A stretch of 64,000 bases of DNA from Balanoglossus misakiensis (GCA_040954595.2 CM082576.2:17469028-17533027), one strand, 5' to 3'; counted from the stretch's first letter, positions 24,604 through 35,905 are shown. Notes: a model not told the origin generated them from the letters alone. Translations and numbers: made by a program.

Positions 24604-27600
24604 TTTTTTACATAAATCGGTAGGCCTTATACTGACCCACACCCTGACTAATATGTCTTGGCGGAAATGGTGCATAATCACCCCAAAATACCACTTTTCT
24701 GAATGAGTTCACAGCTTAACAAATAGGTGTCAACAATGCAAATGGCCATTTTTCTCAGTTTGCATTTTCGCTGCTCTTGACAACTTCAGACGAAAATAGC
24801 TTCGCTCTGCGTTGGCCGAATTTGCTCAAATTTGCTCAAATTTTAACTGGGGATTGTGTATGACCCATCCAACAAAACGGTATTTTTGTTAGTCGATAAA
24901 GTGTCCCTGGCGGGAATAAACTCTGATTCAATACAACTCACCGTGAATTTAATCAAATTTTACTAAAAATCTAACTTTCAAACGCTGTTACTCCTCAATG
25001 GAAGCAGATAACGCAAAACAAAATTACCGTTTTTTTGCACGTGTACTCTAGTTTCGAATGACATATTAAGATGCATGATGCATGGTCAACTTTTTTACCT
25101 ATTTTAAATTTCATGACATAATATCAAAAAATGTTTTTTTTCACCCAAAATCGCCACCATTTCCGGGGATCAATAATATTTGCAACTCAAACAAAAGTTC
25201 AAAATCTCAGCTTCCAGAACATATATGGTTTATGGGGGTTTTAACATTGTCTCTGATGAGAAATAGGCCTCTAAAAAAGTCTCGACGGTTTCATGCAATG
25301 CCACCTTAATTATGTGCATACCTAATTCCGGGCTAACTAATAGGGCTAGAGGTTTCATTCTTGTGGGACATGGACCAGTATAGGGTCAAAATTTCTTGCC
25401 CAAATTTTGGGTGACCTCAGGTGACCTTTGACCTACTTTACCATATCTTGGCATCCAGAGCAGGTACAGACTTGGCGTTTGGAGGGTTGGCACTAAAATT
25501 GAAAAACCAAAATTGGGGGTCACCTGTGACACCTGCATATCTCATTAATTATGTGCATACTTAATTCCAGGCTAACCAATAAGGCTATATGTTTGGTTTT
25601 TATTGAACATGGACCAGTATAAGGTCAAAATTTCTTGCCCAAATTTTGCATGACCTCAGGTGACCTTTGACCTACTTTATCATATCTTGGCATCCGGAGC
25701 AGGTGCAGACTTCGCGTTTGGAGGGTTGGGACTAAAATAGAAAGGCCAAAATTGGGGTCACCTGTGACACCTGCATATCTCATTAATTATGTGCATACCT
25801 AATTCCAGGCTAACCAATAGGGCTATAGGTTTGGTTTTTGTTGAACATGGACCAGTATAGGGTCAAAATTTCTTGCCCAAATTTTGCATGACCTCAGGTG
25901 ACCTTTGACCTACTTTTCCATATCTTGGCATCCAGAGCAGATATGCTTATTGCTATGTTGCTATGTGCTATGTCCTCAAATGGGACCACAGTGTCCTTGA
26001 CGCTATTTTTTTTCTTTGAAATTTTGTATTGAAGTTCCTAGGGGTGACTTGAGTAATTTTGCATATTTGCAGTTTCTGGTTTTGTTTTAGTTTTTAAAAA
26101 TCTTATTTGAAAGCGGTTAAAACTGCACAGTTTATGGCAAATACCATTTTGGGCATATTTTTACTTTGTGAATTAATATCAATATACAAACCTTTAACAT
26201 GAAAATAATTGCCCTACCCATGGACTTGGGTCAAATTTGCCCATAAAACGATATAAGGCTTCATAGAAAAAGTGATGTGAACAACATTATAGAGAGTGAA
26301 CCACCCATACTACACGGAAACTGTGACGTCACAATCACGGAACCAATCACGTCGCACTATTTGTGTTTATGAAAATATATGGGTACGTACCCATACAATT
26401 TATTATTTCATTTTTTTCCATACTGAACCATGACAACTGACCAAGTCACTCATGAGTTATTTTATTTTGGCAAGTAAAGTATTATACAAACAAAAAGTTA
26501 GGAGTTTAATGCTACAAAGTAAATTGTCATTCAATCATCAACTGGGCAGCTTTAATATGCAGGTCCACAAGGGGATCTGAGTGACCTTTGTTCAGAATAT
26601 GTGATATTGTATTTTTACTACAATCCTAAGTAAAAAAATGTATTCCAAAGTCACTTTCAAAAATCAAAAAGTGCATATGTCTGGATGTTTTGAATTTGGG
26701 CGTGAAGGTTCCTGATGTGATCTAAGTCTAATTTGTTGAAATTGTGGCCAATATTACATTACTATTTTTTGATGGCATCTCAAACTTGCCTTGTCAAATT
26801 TGTCAAGTCTGTCTCACAAGAGGTGTGCCATTTACTTCTTAAACAGTTGTCTTTTTTTAGAATGCTAAGTGTTGCAGCAGTGCAGTATTGGCTGCCAGGT
26901 TGCTTGTTAATTATGTGAAATTCACAACATTTTTAAAGGGATGGGGTGGTCGCGCCGCATGGGTGTCCCCCTTGACGAGAATATGCCCTCCCATACCAGC
27001 GCAAACCCCACTGCAGTCGCCACAACCTACTAGGATCTTCAGTTGTTGTCATGCCCAGTCTATGCTACGGTTGGCTGCTTCGTTCATTCTAAGAATGATC
27101 TAATATCAGGGAATTATGGATGAATTGTAATGTAACAAACAAACATGGCGCAACGACCCCTTCGCTTGAAATGTGGAAATTTGGAGTTGATTAAAGAATT
27201 CAGAACTATGTGAGAGCAACGCAACAGCTTAGCAATTTCATCCAATTAGGTATTGCAAATTGCAAATTAAGTTTATTTACTGGAAAATACATGTGTTCAT
27301 ACATGTAATCTATACAAGGACAGTTTTTCTTGAAAGTTTTATAAAATGTAGTGCTTTGTACTCTACAATTAATGTGCTAATTACACATCTTTGTAAAATC
27401 TGCAAATTAGTCGCTATTGTAGTACGCACCTCAGTGACACATTTTGACACATTGAAAACAAGGGAAAAATGTACACACATGTTCTGTCTTGTTTTCATTA
27501 GCTCCAATTTGGTATATGTGTATATACCACAGTAGCTGCTGGGGTCAGTCAGCGTCGGCCTGTGTGTGTGTGTTCTGATCCATTGCAAAAAAATGTTTTT

Positions 27601-27868
27601 GGAATCAGTTTGGTATACTGAACATCTTTTCGTGTCTGACCAACTGTTGTGAGTCATGATTAAACTGGCTATTTGAATAACACTTTGTTGATTTTAGCTT
27701 TTTGGGGTTTGAGAGCAAGATTTATGGGTGTACCACCTTTGATTTTTGGTGTACGTGCAGTTGTGTCCCCAACTGTCATCATCAATGAGAGAAGGCCTAT
27801 ATGGGAGACAATGGTTTTCACCTCTTATGAACTTATGTTCTACAAAAATTATCATGGAATTAAGGTTA

Positions 27869-28651
27869 GGGACCGTTCAGTTGTCATGGCCGGGGGGGGG
27901 GGTGTGCGGCAAGTTTGTGTCATCGGTTTTCAAAATAAGGCCGACCCCCCCCCTTCACCCAGGACCAAAAAATGATGACCCCCCCCCTTTGACAGACCCA
28001 AAAATAGGATGACCCCCCACGCCGAAAACATTCGCCATCCTGATCCTATGTACACTGTATGCAATAAAGGGAATGAGGCTCCTCACACCTCAATTATAAA
28101 TTTCTTAAAGTATTATTGAAGTATATAATAGTATATCGTTGCAATAAAGAAATCTATGAACGAATTAAAATGACAAGTCAATACAATAGTTGCTAGAATT
28201 GGTAAAACAAGAAAAGTGGCGGGGGTGGGTGTGGGAGGCGTGTAAAATATGTAGCTCAAAGTTGCATTTTATTGAACTCAAAAGCAAATTAACTCAATGT
28301 TAGGGACGACAAATTTTAATGTTGCCACTCCACTCTATCATCAGGGTGGGGTGGCAAGAAATCTGCCCAGGTACACTAGACAAACCAGCGAATAAATGCA
28401 ATGTGGCGAAGAATGGAGGGGGATAGGTGTGGGAGGGGGTGCGCCTCCCACATGAGAACATTTTGTAAAATAAAGGGAGCGAAACTGCAATTTTGTGGAC
28501 TCAAAAGCAAAAGTTCGGTGGCAAAAGTATGTGACCCCCTCTAAACGTTTAAAAAAACCAGATGACCCCCCCTTTTGGACATCAAAGTTTAAGTGACCCC
28601 CCCCCCCCTGCATTTTGCCGCCCCCCCCGGCCGTAAAAACTGAACGGTCCC
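27869..28651. mobile_element. PIF/Harbinger-like MITE
   Basis: TIR GGGACCGTTCAGTT....GGCCGGGGGGGG / CCCCCCCCGGCC....AACTGAACGGTCCC; 3-bp TTA on both flanks (27866-27868, 28652-28654). Confidence 0.75.
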
Positions 28652-29364
28652 TTAAGTACGCCGAATTCCCTTGCCCATACGTGTCCGCGCAATTTAACTC
28701 CCTAGCAATCACTATACTGGGATGCCTTGTCAAAATAATAAGGTGATTACATGAGTATGCATTTGTGTAGACATTTCACTTCAATCTCAGTATGAAGATG
28801 ACCCATGGACCTTTGACCCTCCCCCCCCCCCCCACCATGAACATGACCCCCTGTGCTACTTATTTTTTCAACACAGGCGTTTAAAATGCTTTTGGAAATG
28901 AATTATTTAGTAACCCCGACTTAGAAATCAAGATATATCAAGTTTCATTTTATGAAATTTCATGAATTTGACATTAGTAGAAAGTAGCATGGGATAAGCA
29001 TGAAATCTTCATTTCCTTAACTTCCCACCATATCTATATCAAATTATTTTTTTCTATGATTGACAGTCAAAAGTCTGAACAGACGAGTCTTTTTAAAATT
29101 TCCATTGTCTACATTGTATTTTTTCCTTAAGTACCGAAGATGTGTTTATTTTACACTTTTAATATGAACTTTTATTTCAAATGGACATTTTTTTCAAGTC
29201 TTTAAGGCAGACTATTTAATGCAAAAGTAAAGACTTCGGAAAAAATAAAAGGTCAAGCCTACGGCTACAAAAATGATCATGAAATTAAAGAATTTGGAAA
29301 AAAAAATAATTAGAAATGGACGTTTACGACGACAAAAAAGAAGCATTTTTAATGCAAAAGTTAC

Positions 29365-29377
29365 GAAAAAAGAAAAA
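29365..29377 (-). terminator. Pol III terminator T-runs downstream of 5S (repeated in every unit)
   Basis: On the - strand the gene is followed by GAATTCAA-TTTTT-C-TTTTTT, with backup T4 and T6 runs further on. Confidence 0.88.
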
Positions 29378-29385
29378 TTGAATTC

Positions 29386-29505
29386 AAGCCTACGGCACGT
29401 GGTATTCCCAGGCGGTCACCCATCCAAGTACTAACCACGCCCAACGCAGCTTAACTTCGGTGATCGGACGAGAACCGGTGTATTCGACGTGGTATGGCCG
29501 TAGGC
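29386..29505 (-). rRNA. 5S rRNA: 5S rRNA copy 1
   Basis: Reverse complement GCCTACGGCCATACCACGTCGAATACACCGGTTCTCGTCCGATCACCGAAGTTAAGCTGCGTTGGGCGTGGTTAGTACTTGGATGGGTGACCGCCTGGGAATACCACGTGCCGTAGGCTT: 120 nt, helix I closes 1-9/110-118, Box A and Box C present. Confidence 0.99.
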
Positions 29506-30684
29506 AAAGACTGCTTGAATTTCTGCGATTAAGCCAACGGAAGCTTCACTAACACATAGGCGTACACACAGAGCACGCGGCACGATAATTTGTGTGCGTG
29601 GCTAGCTGATTGACCGACCCTATCTTACAATTTATATGGGAGAGAGCGGTTTTGTCTTGTTATATCCTGCAAAAAGTGACCATCGGTGGAGAAATAATGC
29701 ATGACGTGATAATTTGTGTGTGGCCGATCGACCGTCCCTGTCTTTGTACGTATGTTATGCAAAACACAGTGTTCGAAAAACGCCTGTCCGTCCGACAGTC
29801 CGACGCTGGTTGTTTTTCCCACCACTGAGACTGGTAGAAAAAAGTGACCAGGTTGAATATTTAGGCCTAGCGTAGAGTTGACTTGTTTGCGGTATCATAT
29901 AGACGTATACGTGACCCCATCGTGACCCTGGCTGTCCGGGATAGCACCACCAACGATATCTTTTAGACCATCTTCTGTTCCTTAGGCCCCTAATTGCAAT
30001 TAATTACCGTCCCTATCGTATATTGGAGAGAAAGGGTTTGTCTTGGTATGTTATGCAAAACACTTGAATGATGAATTTAAAAAAGAAAGAAATTGACGTT
30101 TATGACATCATTCAGACTAGACGTAACCGACCCCAAAAGGTCCCAATGGTATATTAACATCATACACCAAATTGTACTTAAAAAGCCAAAAATTGAAAGC
30201 TGTTTGAATTTCTGCGACTATTAACCCAAAGGAAGCTTTAGCCTACTAACACACACACAGCACGAGAACGAACGGTTTGTCTTGCTAAAATAGATGTTCT
30301 GCAGAATAAAATTAAAAAAAATTGAATGATTATGGAATTAAGGTAGTTAGAGAAAACATGAATTTAAAGAAAAAAGGAAAAAAATGTGAAGATTATTTAG
30401 GCCTAATAGGAAAGTTTAAAAACAACAAAATGAAGACTGCTTGAATTTCTGCGACAATAAACTCAACGTAAGCCAACACTACTCACTCCGAGCCCGACCT
30501 GGTAATTTGTATCGACCGACTATAGCTTAGGCCTATACGGGAGAGAACGGTTTATGAACTTATGTTCTACAAAAATGATCATGAAATTAAAGAATTTGGG
30601 GTAAAAAATTAAAAATGGACGTTTACGACGACAAAAAAGAAGCATTTTTAATGCAAAAGTTACGAAAAAAGAAAAATTGAATTC

Positions 30685-30804
30685 AAGCCTACGGCACGTG
30701 GTATTCCCAGGCGGTCACCCATCCAAGTACTAACCACGCCCAACGCAGCTTAACTTCGGTGATCGGACGAGAACCGGTGTATTCGACGTGGTATGGCCGT
30801 AGGC
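30685..30804 (-). rRNA. 5S rRNA: 5S rRNA copy 2
   Basis: Same 120-nt sequence as copy 1. Confidence 0.98.
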
Positions 30805-30826
30805 AAAGACTGCTTGAATTTCTGCG

Positions 30827-30834
30827 ATTATTAA
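30827..30834 (-). promoter_or_regulatory. TATA-like element at -23 to -30 of 5S (shown for copy 2; present in most units)
   Basis: - strand TTAATAAT lies 23-30 nt upstream of +1, the usual position of upstream AT-rich elements of metazoan 5S genes. Confidence 0.6.
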
Positions 30835-31985
30835 GCCAACGGAAGCTTCACTAACACATAGGCGTACACACAGAGCACGCGGCACGATAATTTGTGTGCG
30901 TGGCTAGCTGATTGACCGACCCTATCTTACAATTTATATGGGAGAGAGCGGTTTTGTCTTGTTATATCCTGCAAAAAGTGACCATCGGTGGAGAAATAAT
31001 GCATGACGTGATAATTTGTGTGTGGCCGATCGACCGTCCCTGTCTTTGTACGTATGTTATGCAAAACACAGTGTTCGAAAAACGCCTGTCCGTCCGACAG
31101 TCCGAGGCTGGTTGTTTTTCCCACCACTGAGACTGGTAGAAAAAAGTGACCAGGTTGAATATTTAGGCCTAGCGTAGAGTTGACTTGTTTGCGGTATCAT
31201 ATAGACGTATACGTGACCCCATCGTGACCCTGGCTGTCCGGGATAGCACCACCAACGATATCTTTTAGACCATCTTCTGTTCCTTAGGCCCCTAATTGCA
31301 ATTAATTACCGTGCCTATCGTATATTGGAGAGAAAGGGTTTGTCTTGGTATGTTATGCAAAACACTTGAATGATGAATTTAAAAAAGAAAGAAATTGACG
31401 TTTATGACATCATTCAGACTAGACGTAACCGACCCCAAAAGGTCCCAATGGTATATTAACATCATACACCAAATTGGACTTAAAAAGCCAAAAATTGAAA
31501 GCTGTTTGAATTTCTGCGACTATTAACCCAAAGGAAGCTTTAGCCTACTAACACACACACAGCACGAGAACGAACGGGTTCGTGCTAAAATAGATGTTCT
31601 GCAAAATAAAATTAAAAAAAATTGAATGATTATGGAATTAAGGTAGTTAGAGAAAACATGAATTTAAAGAAAAAAAAGAAAAAAAATGTGAAGATTATTT
31701 AGGCCTAATAGGAAAGTTTAAAAACAACAAAAAACAACTGCTTGAATTTCTGCGACAATAAACTCAACGTAAGCCAACACTACTCACTCCGAGCCCGACC
31801 TGGTAATTTGTATCGACCGACTATAGCTTAGGCCTATACGGGAGAGAACGGTTTATGAACTTATGTTCTACAAAAATGATCATGAAATTAAAGAATTTGG
31901 GGAAAAAATTAAAAAATGGACGTTTACGACGACAAAAAAGAAGCATTTTTAATGCAAAAGTTACGAAAAAAGAAAAATTGAATTC

Positions 31986-32105
31986 AAGCCTACGGCACGT
32001 GGTATTCCCAGGCGGTCACCCATCCAAGTACTAACCACGCCCAACGCAGCTTAACTTCGGTGATCGGACGAGAACCGGTGTATTCGACGTGGTATGGCCG
32101 TAGGC
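31986..32105 (-). rRNA. 5S rRNA: 5S rRNA copy 3
   Basis: Same as copy 1. Confidence 0.98.
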
Positions 32106-33292
32106 AAAGACTGCTTGAATTTCTGCGATTATTAAGCCAACGGAAGCTTCACTAACACATAGGCGTACACACAGAGCACGCGGCACGATAATTTGTGTGC
32201 GTGGCCAGCTGATTGACCGACCCTATCTTACAATTTGTATGGGAGAGAGCGGTTTTGTCTTGTTATATCCTGCAAAAAGTGACCATCGGTGGAGAAATAA
32301 TGCATGACGTGATAACTTGTGTGTGGCCGATCGACCGTCCCTGTCTTTGTGTACACGTATGTTATGCAAAACACAGTGTTCGAAAAACGCCTGTCCGTCC
32401 GACAGTCCGAGGCTGGTTGTTTTTCCCACCACTGAGACTGGTAGAAAAAAGTGACCAGGTTGAATATTTAGGCCTAGCGTAGAGTTGACTTGTTTGCGGT
32501 ATCATATAGACGTATACGTGACCCCATCGTGACCCTGGCTGTCCGGGATAGCACCACCAACGATATCTTTTAGACCATCTTCTGTTCCTTAGGCCCCTAA
32601 TTGCAATTAATTACCGTCCCTATCGTATATTGGAGAGAAAGGGTTTGTCTTGGTATGTTATGCAAAACACTTGAATGATGAATTTATAAAAGAAAGAAAT
32701 TGACGTTTATGACATCATTCAGACTAGACGTAACCTACCCCAAAAGGTACCAATGGTATATTAACATCATATACCAAATTGGACTTAAAAAGCCAAAAAT
32801 TGAAAGCTGTTTGAATTTCTGCGACTATTAACCCAAAGGAAGCTTTAGCCTACTAACACACACACAGCACGAGAACGAACGGTTTGTCTTGCTAAAATAG
32901 ATGTTCTGCAAAATAAAATTAAACAACTTGAATGATTATGGAATTAAGGTAGTTAGAGAAAACATGAATTTAAAGAAAAAAAGAAAAAAAATGTGAAGAT
33001 TATTTAGGCCTAATAGGAAAGTTTAAAAACAACAAAATGAAGACTGCTTGAATTTCTGCGACAATAAACTCAACGTAAGCCAACACTACTCACTCCGAGC
33101 CCGACCTGGTAATTTGTATCGACCGACTATAGCTTAGGCCTATACGGGAGAGAACGGTTTATGAACTTATGTTCTACAAAAATGATCATGAAATTAAAGA
33201 ATTTGGGGAAAAAAATTAAAAAATGGACGTTTACGACGACAAAAAAGAAGCATTTTTAATGCAAAAGTTACGAAAAAAGAAAAATTGAATTC

Positions 33293-33412
33293 AAGCCTAC
33301 GGCACGTGGTATTCCCAGGCGGTCACCCATCCAAGTACTAACCACGCCCAACGCAGCTTAACTTCGGTGATCGGACGAGAACCGGTGTATTCGACGTGGT
33401 ATGGCCGTAGGC
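33293..33412 (-). rRNA. 5S rRNA: 5S rRNA copy 4
   Basis: Same as copy 1. Confidence 0.98.
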
Positions 33413-34599
33413 AAAGACTGCTTGAATTTCTGCGATTATTAAGCCAACGGAAGCTTCACTAACACATAGGCGTACACACAGAGCACGCGGCACGATAATT
33501 TGTGTGCGTGGCCAGCTGATTGACCGACCCTATCTTACAATTTGTATGGGAGAGAGCGGTTTTGTCTTGTTATATCCTGCAAAAAGTGACCATCGGTGGA
33601 GAAATAATGCATGACGTGATAACTTGTGTGTGGCCGATCGACCGTCCCTGTCTTTGTGTACACGTATGTTATGCAAAACACAGTGTTCGAAAAACGCCTG
33701 TCCGTCCGACAGTCCGACGCTGGTTGTTTTTCCCACCACTGAGACTGGTAGAAAAAAGTGACCAGGTTGAATATTTAGGCCTAGCGTAGAGTTGACTTGT
33801 TTGCGGTATCATATAGACGTATACGTGACCCCATCGTGACCCTGGCTGTCCGGGATAGCACCACCAACGATATCTTTTAGACCATCTTCTGTTCCTTAGG
33901 CCCCTAATTGCAATTAATTACCGTCCCTATCGTATATTGGAGAGAAAGGGTTTGTCTTGGTATGTTATGCAAAACACTTGAATGATGAATTTATAAAAGA
34001 AAGAAATTGACGTTTATGACATCATTCAGACTAGACGTAACCTACCCCAAAAGGTACCAATGGTATATTAACATCATATACCAAATTGGACTTAAAAAGC
34101 CAAAAATTGAAAGCTGTTTGAATTTCTGCGACTATTAACCCAAAGGAAGCTTTAGCCTACTAACACACACACAGCACGAGAACGAACGGTTTGTCTTGCT
34201 AAAATAGATGTTCTGCAAAATAAAATTAAACAACTTGAATGATTATGGAATTAAGGTAGTTAGAGAAAACATGAATTTAAAGAAAAAAAGAAAAAAAATG
34301 TGAAGATTATTTAGGCCTAATAGGAAAGTTTAAAAACAACAAAATGAAGACTGCTTGAATTTCTGCGACAATAAACTCAACGTAAGCCAACACTACTCAC
34401 TCCGAGCCCGACCTGGTAATTTGTATCGACCGACTATAGCTTAGGCCTATACGGGAGAGAACGGTTTATGAACTTATGTTCTACAAAAATGATCATGAAA
34501 TTAAAGAATTTGGGGAAAAAAATTAAAAAATGGACGTTTACGACGACAAAAAAGAAGCATTTTTAATGCAAAAGTTACGAAAAAAGAAAAATTGAATTC

Positions 34600-34719
34600 A
34601 AGCCTACGGCACGTGGTATTCCCAGGCGGTCACCCATCCAAGTACTAACCACGCCCAACGCAGCTTAACTTCGGTGATCGGACGAGAACCGGTGTATTCG
34701 ACGTGGTATGGCCGTAGGC
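34600..34719 (-). rRNA. 5S rRNA: 5S rRNA copy 5
   Basis: Same as copy 1. Confidence 0.98.
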
Positions 34720-35905
34720 AAAGACTGCTTGAATTTCTGCGATTATTAAGCCAACGGAAGCTTCACTAACACATAGGCGTACACACAGAGCACGCGGCAC
34801 GATAATTTGTGTGCGTGGCTAGCTGGTTGACCGACCCTATCTTACAATTTGTATGGGAGAGAGCGGTTTTGTCTTGTTATATCCTGCAAAAAGTGACCAT
34901 CGGTGGAGAAATAATGCATGACGTGATAACTTGTGTGTGGCCGATCGACCGTCCCTGTCTTTGTGTACACGTATGTTATGCAAAACACAGTGTTCGAAAA
35001 ACGCCTGTCCGTCCGACAGTCCGACGCTGGTTGTTTTTCCCACCACTGAGACTGGTAGAAAAAAGTGACCAGGTTGAATATTTAGGCCTAGCGTAGAGTT
35101 GACTTGTTTGCGGTATCATATAGACGTATACGTGACCCCATCGTGACCCTGGCTGTCCGGGATAGCACCACCAACGATATCTTTTAGACCATCTTCTGTT
35201 CCTTAGGCCCCTAATTGCAATTAATTACCGTCCCTATCGTATATTGGAGAGAAAGGGTTTGTCTTGGTATGTTATGCAAAACACTTGAATGATGAATTTA
35301 TAAAAGAAAGAAATTGACGTTTATGACATCATTCAGACTAGACGTAACCGACCCCAAAAGGTCCCAATGGTATATTAACATCATATACCAAATTGGACTT
35401 AAAAAGCCAAAAATTGAAAGCTGTTTGAATTTCTGCGACTATTAACCCAAAGGAAGCTTTAGCCTACTAACACACACACAGCACGAGAACGAACGGTTTG
35501 TCTTGCTAAAATAGATGTTCTGCAAAATAAAATTAAACAACTTGAATGATTATGGAATTAAGGTAGTTAGAGAAAACATGAATTTAAAGAAAAAAAGAAA
35601 AAAAATGTGAAGATTATTTAGGCCTAATAGGAAAGTTTAAAAACAACAAAAAACAACTGCTTGAATTTCTGCGACAATAAACTCAACGTAAGCCAACACT
35701 ACTCACTCCGAGCCCGACCTGGTAATTTGTATCGACCGACTATAGCTTAGGCCTATACGGGAGAGAACGGTTTATGAACTTATGTTCTACAAAAATGATC
35801 ATGAAATTAAAGAATTTGGGGAAAAAAATTAAAAAATGGACGTTTACGACGACAAAAAAGAAGCATTTTTAATGCAAAAGTTACGAAAAAAGAAAAATTG
35901 AATTC

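Larger units (their letters stand above)
22963..25305. mobile_element. Kolobok-like family B, copy 2, interrupted by a HINE
   Basis: TTAA (22959-22962) GGTGGCATTGCATGAAA ... TTTCATGCAATGCCACC TTAA (25306-25309); 22963-23009 plus 24604-25305 reconstitute the 12378-13111 element. Confidence 0.9.
16596..26005 (+). mobile_element. HINE copy 2, split into three pieces by two TTAA insertions
   Basis: Pieces 16596-17028, 22823-22962 and 25310-26005 join into a sequence colinear with the uninterrupted copy at 23010-24603; same termini. Confidence 0.82.

Noticed and set aside
26320-26360. CRE palindrome TGACGTCA plus CCAAT as a promoter
   Set aside because: No adjacent exon or start; the same motif occurs inside transposons at ~3674 and ~10747.
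29770-29778. GTTCGAAAA as a tRNA B-box
   Set aside because: Lacks the final C of the consensus; no A-box at suitable spacing and no cloverleaf.
30185-30196. Sm-site-like AATTTTTGG on the - strand (and AATTTGTG on the + strand) suggesting a 5S-linked SL RNA or U snRNA
   Set aside because: No recognisable U1/U2/U4/U5 sequence, splice donor or flanking stem-loops; the motif is explained by the relic terminator and the HINE insertion site. An Rfam scan would settle it.
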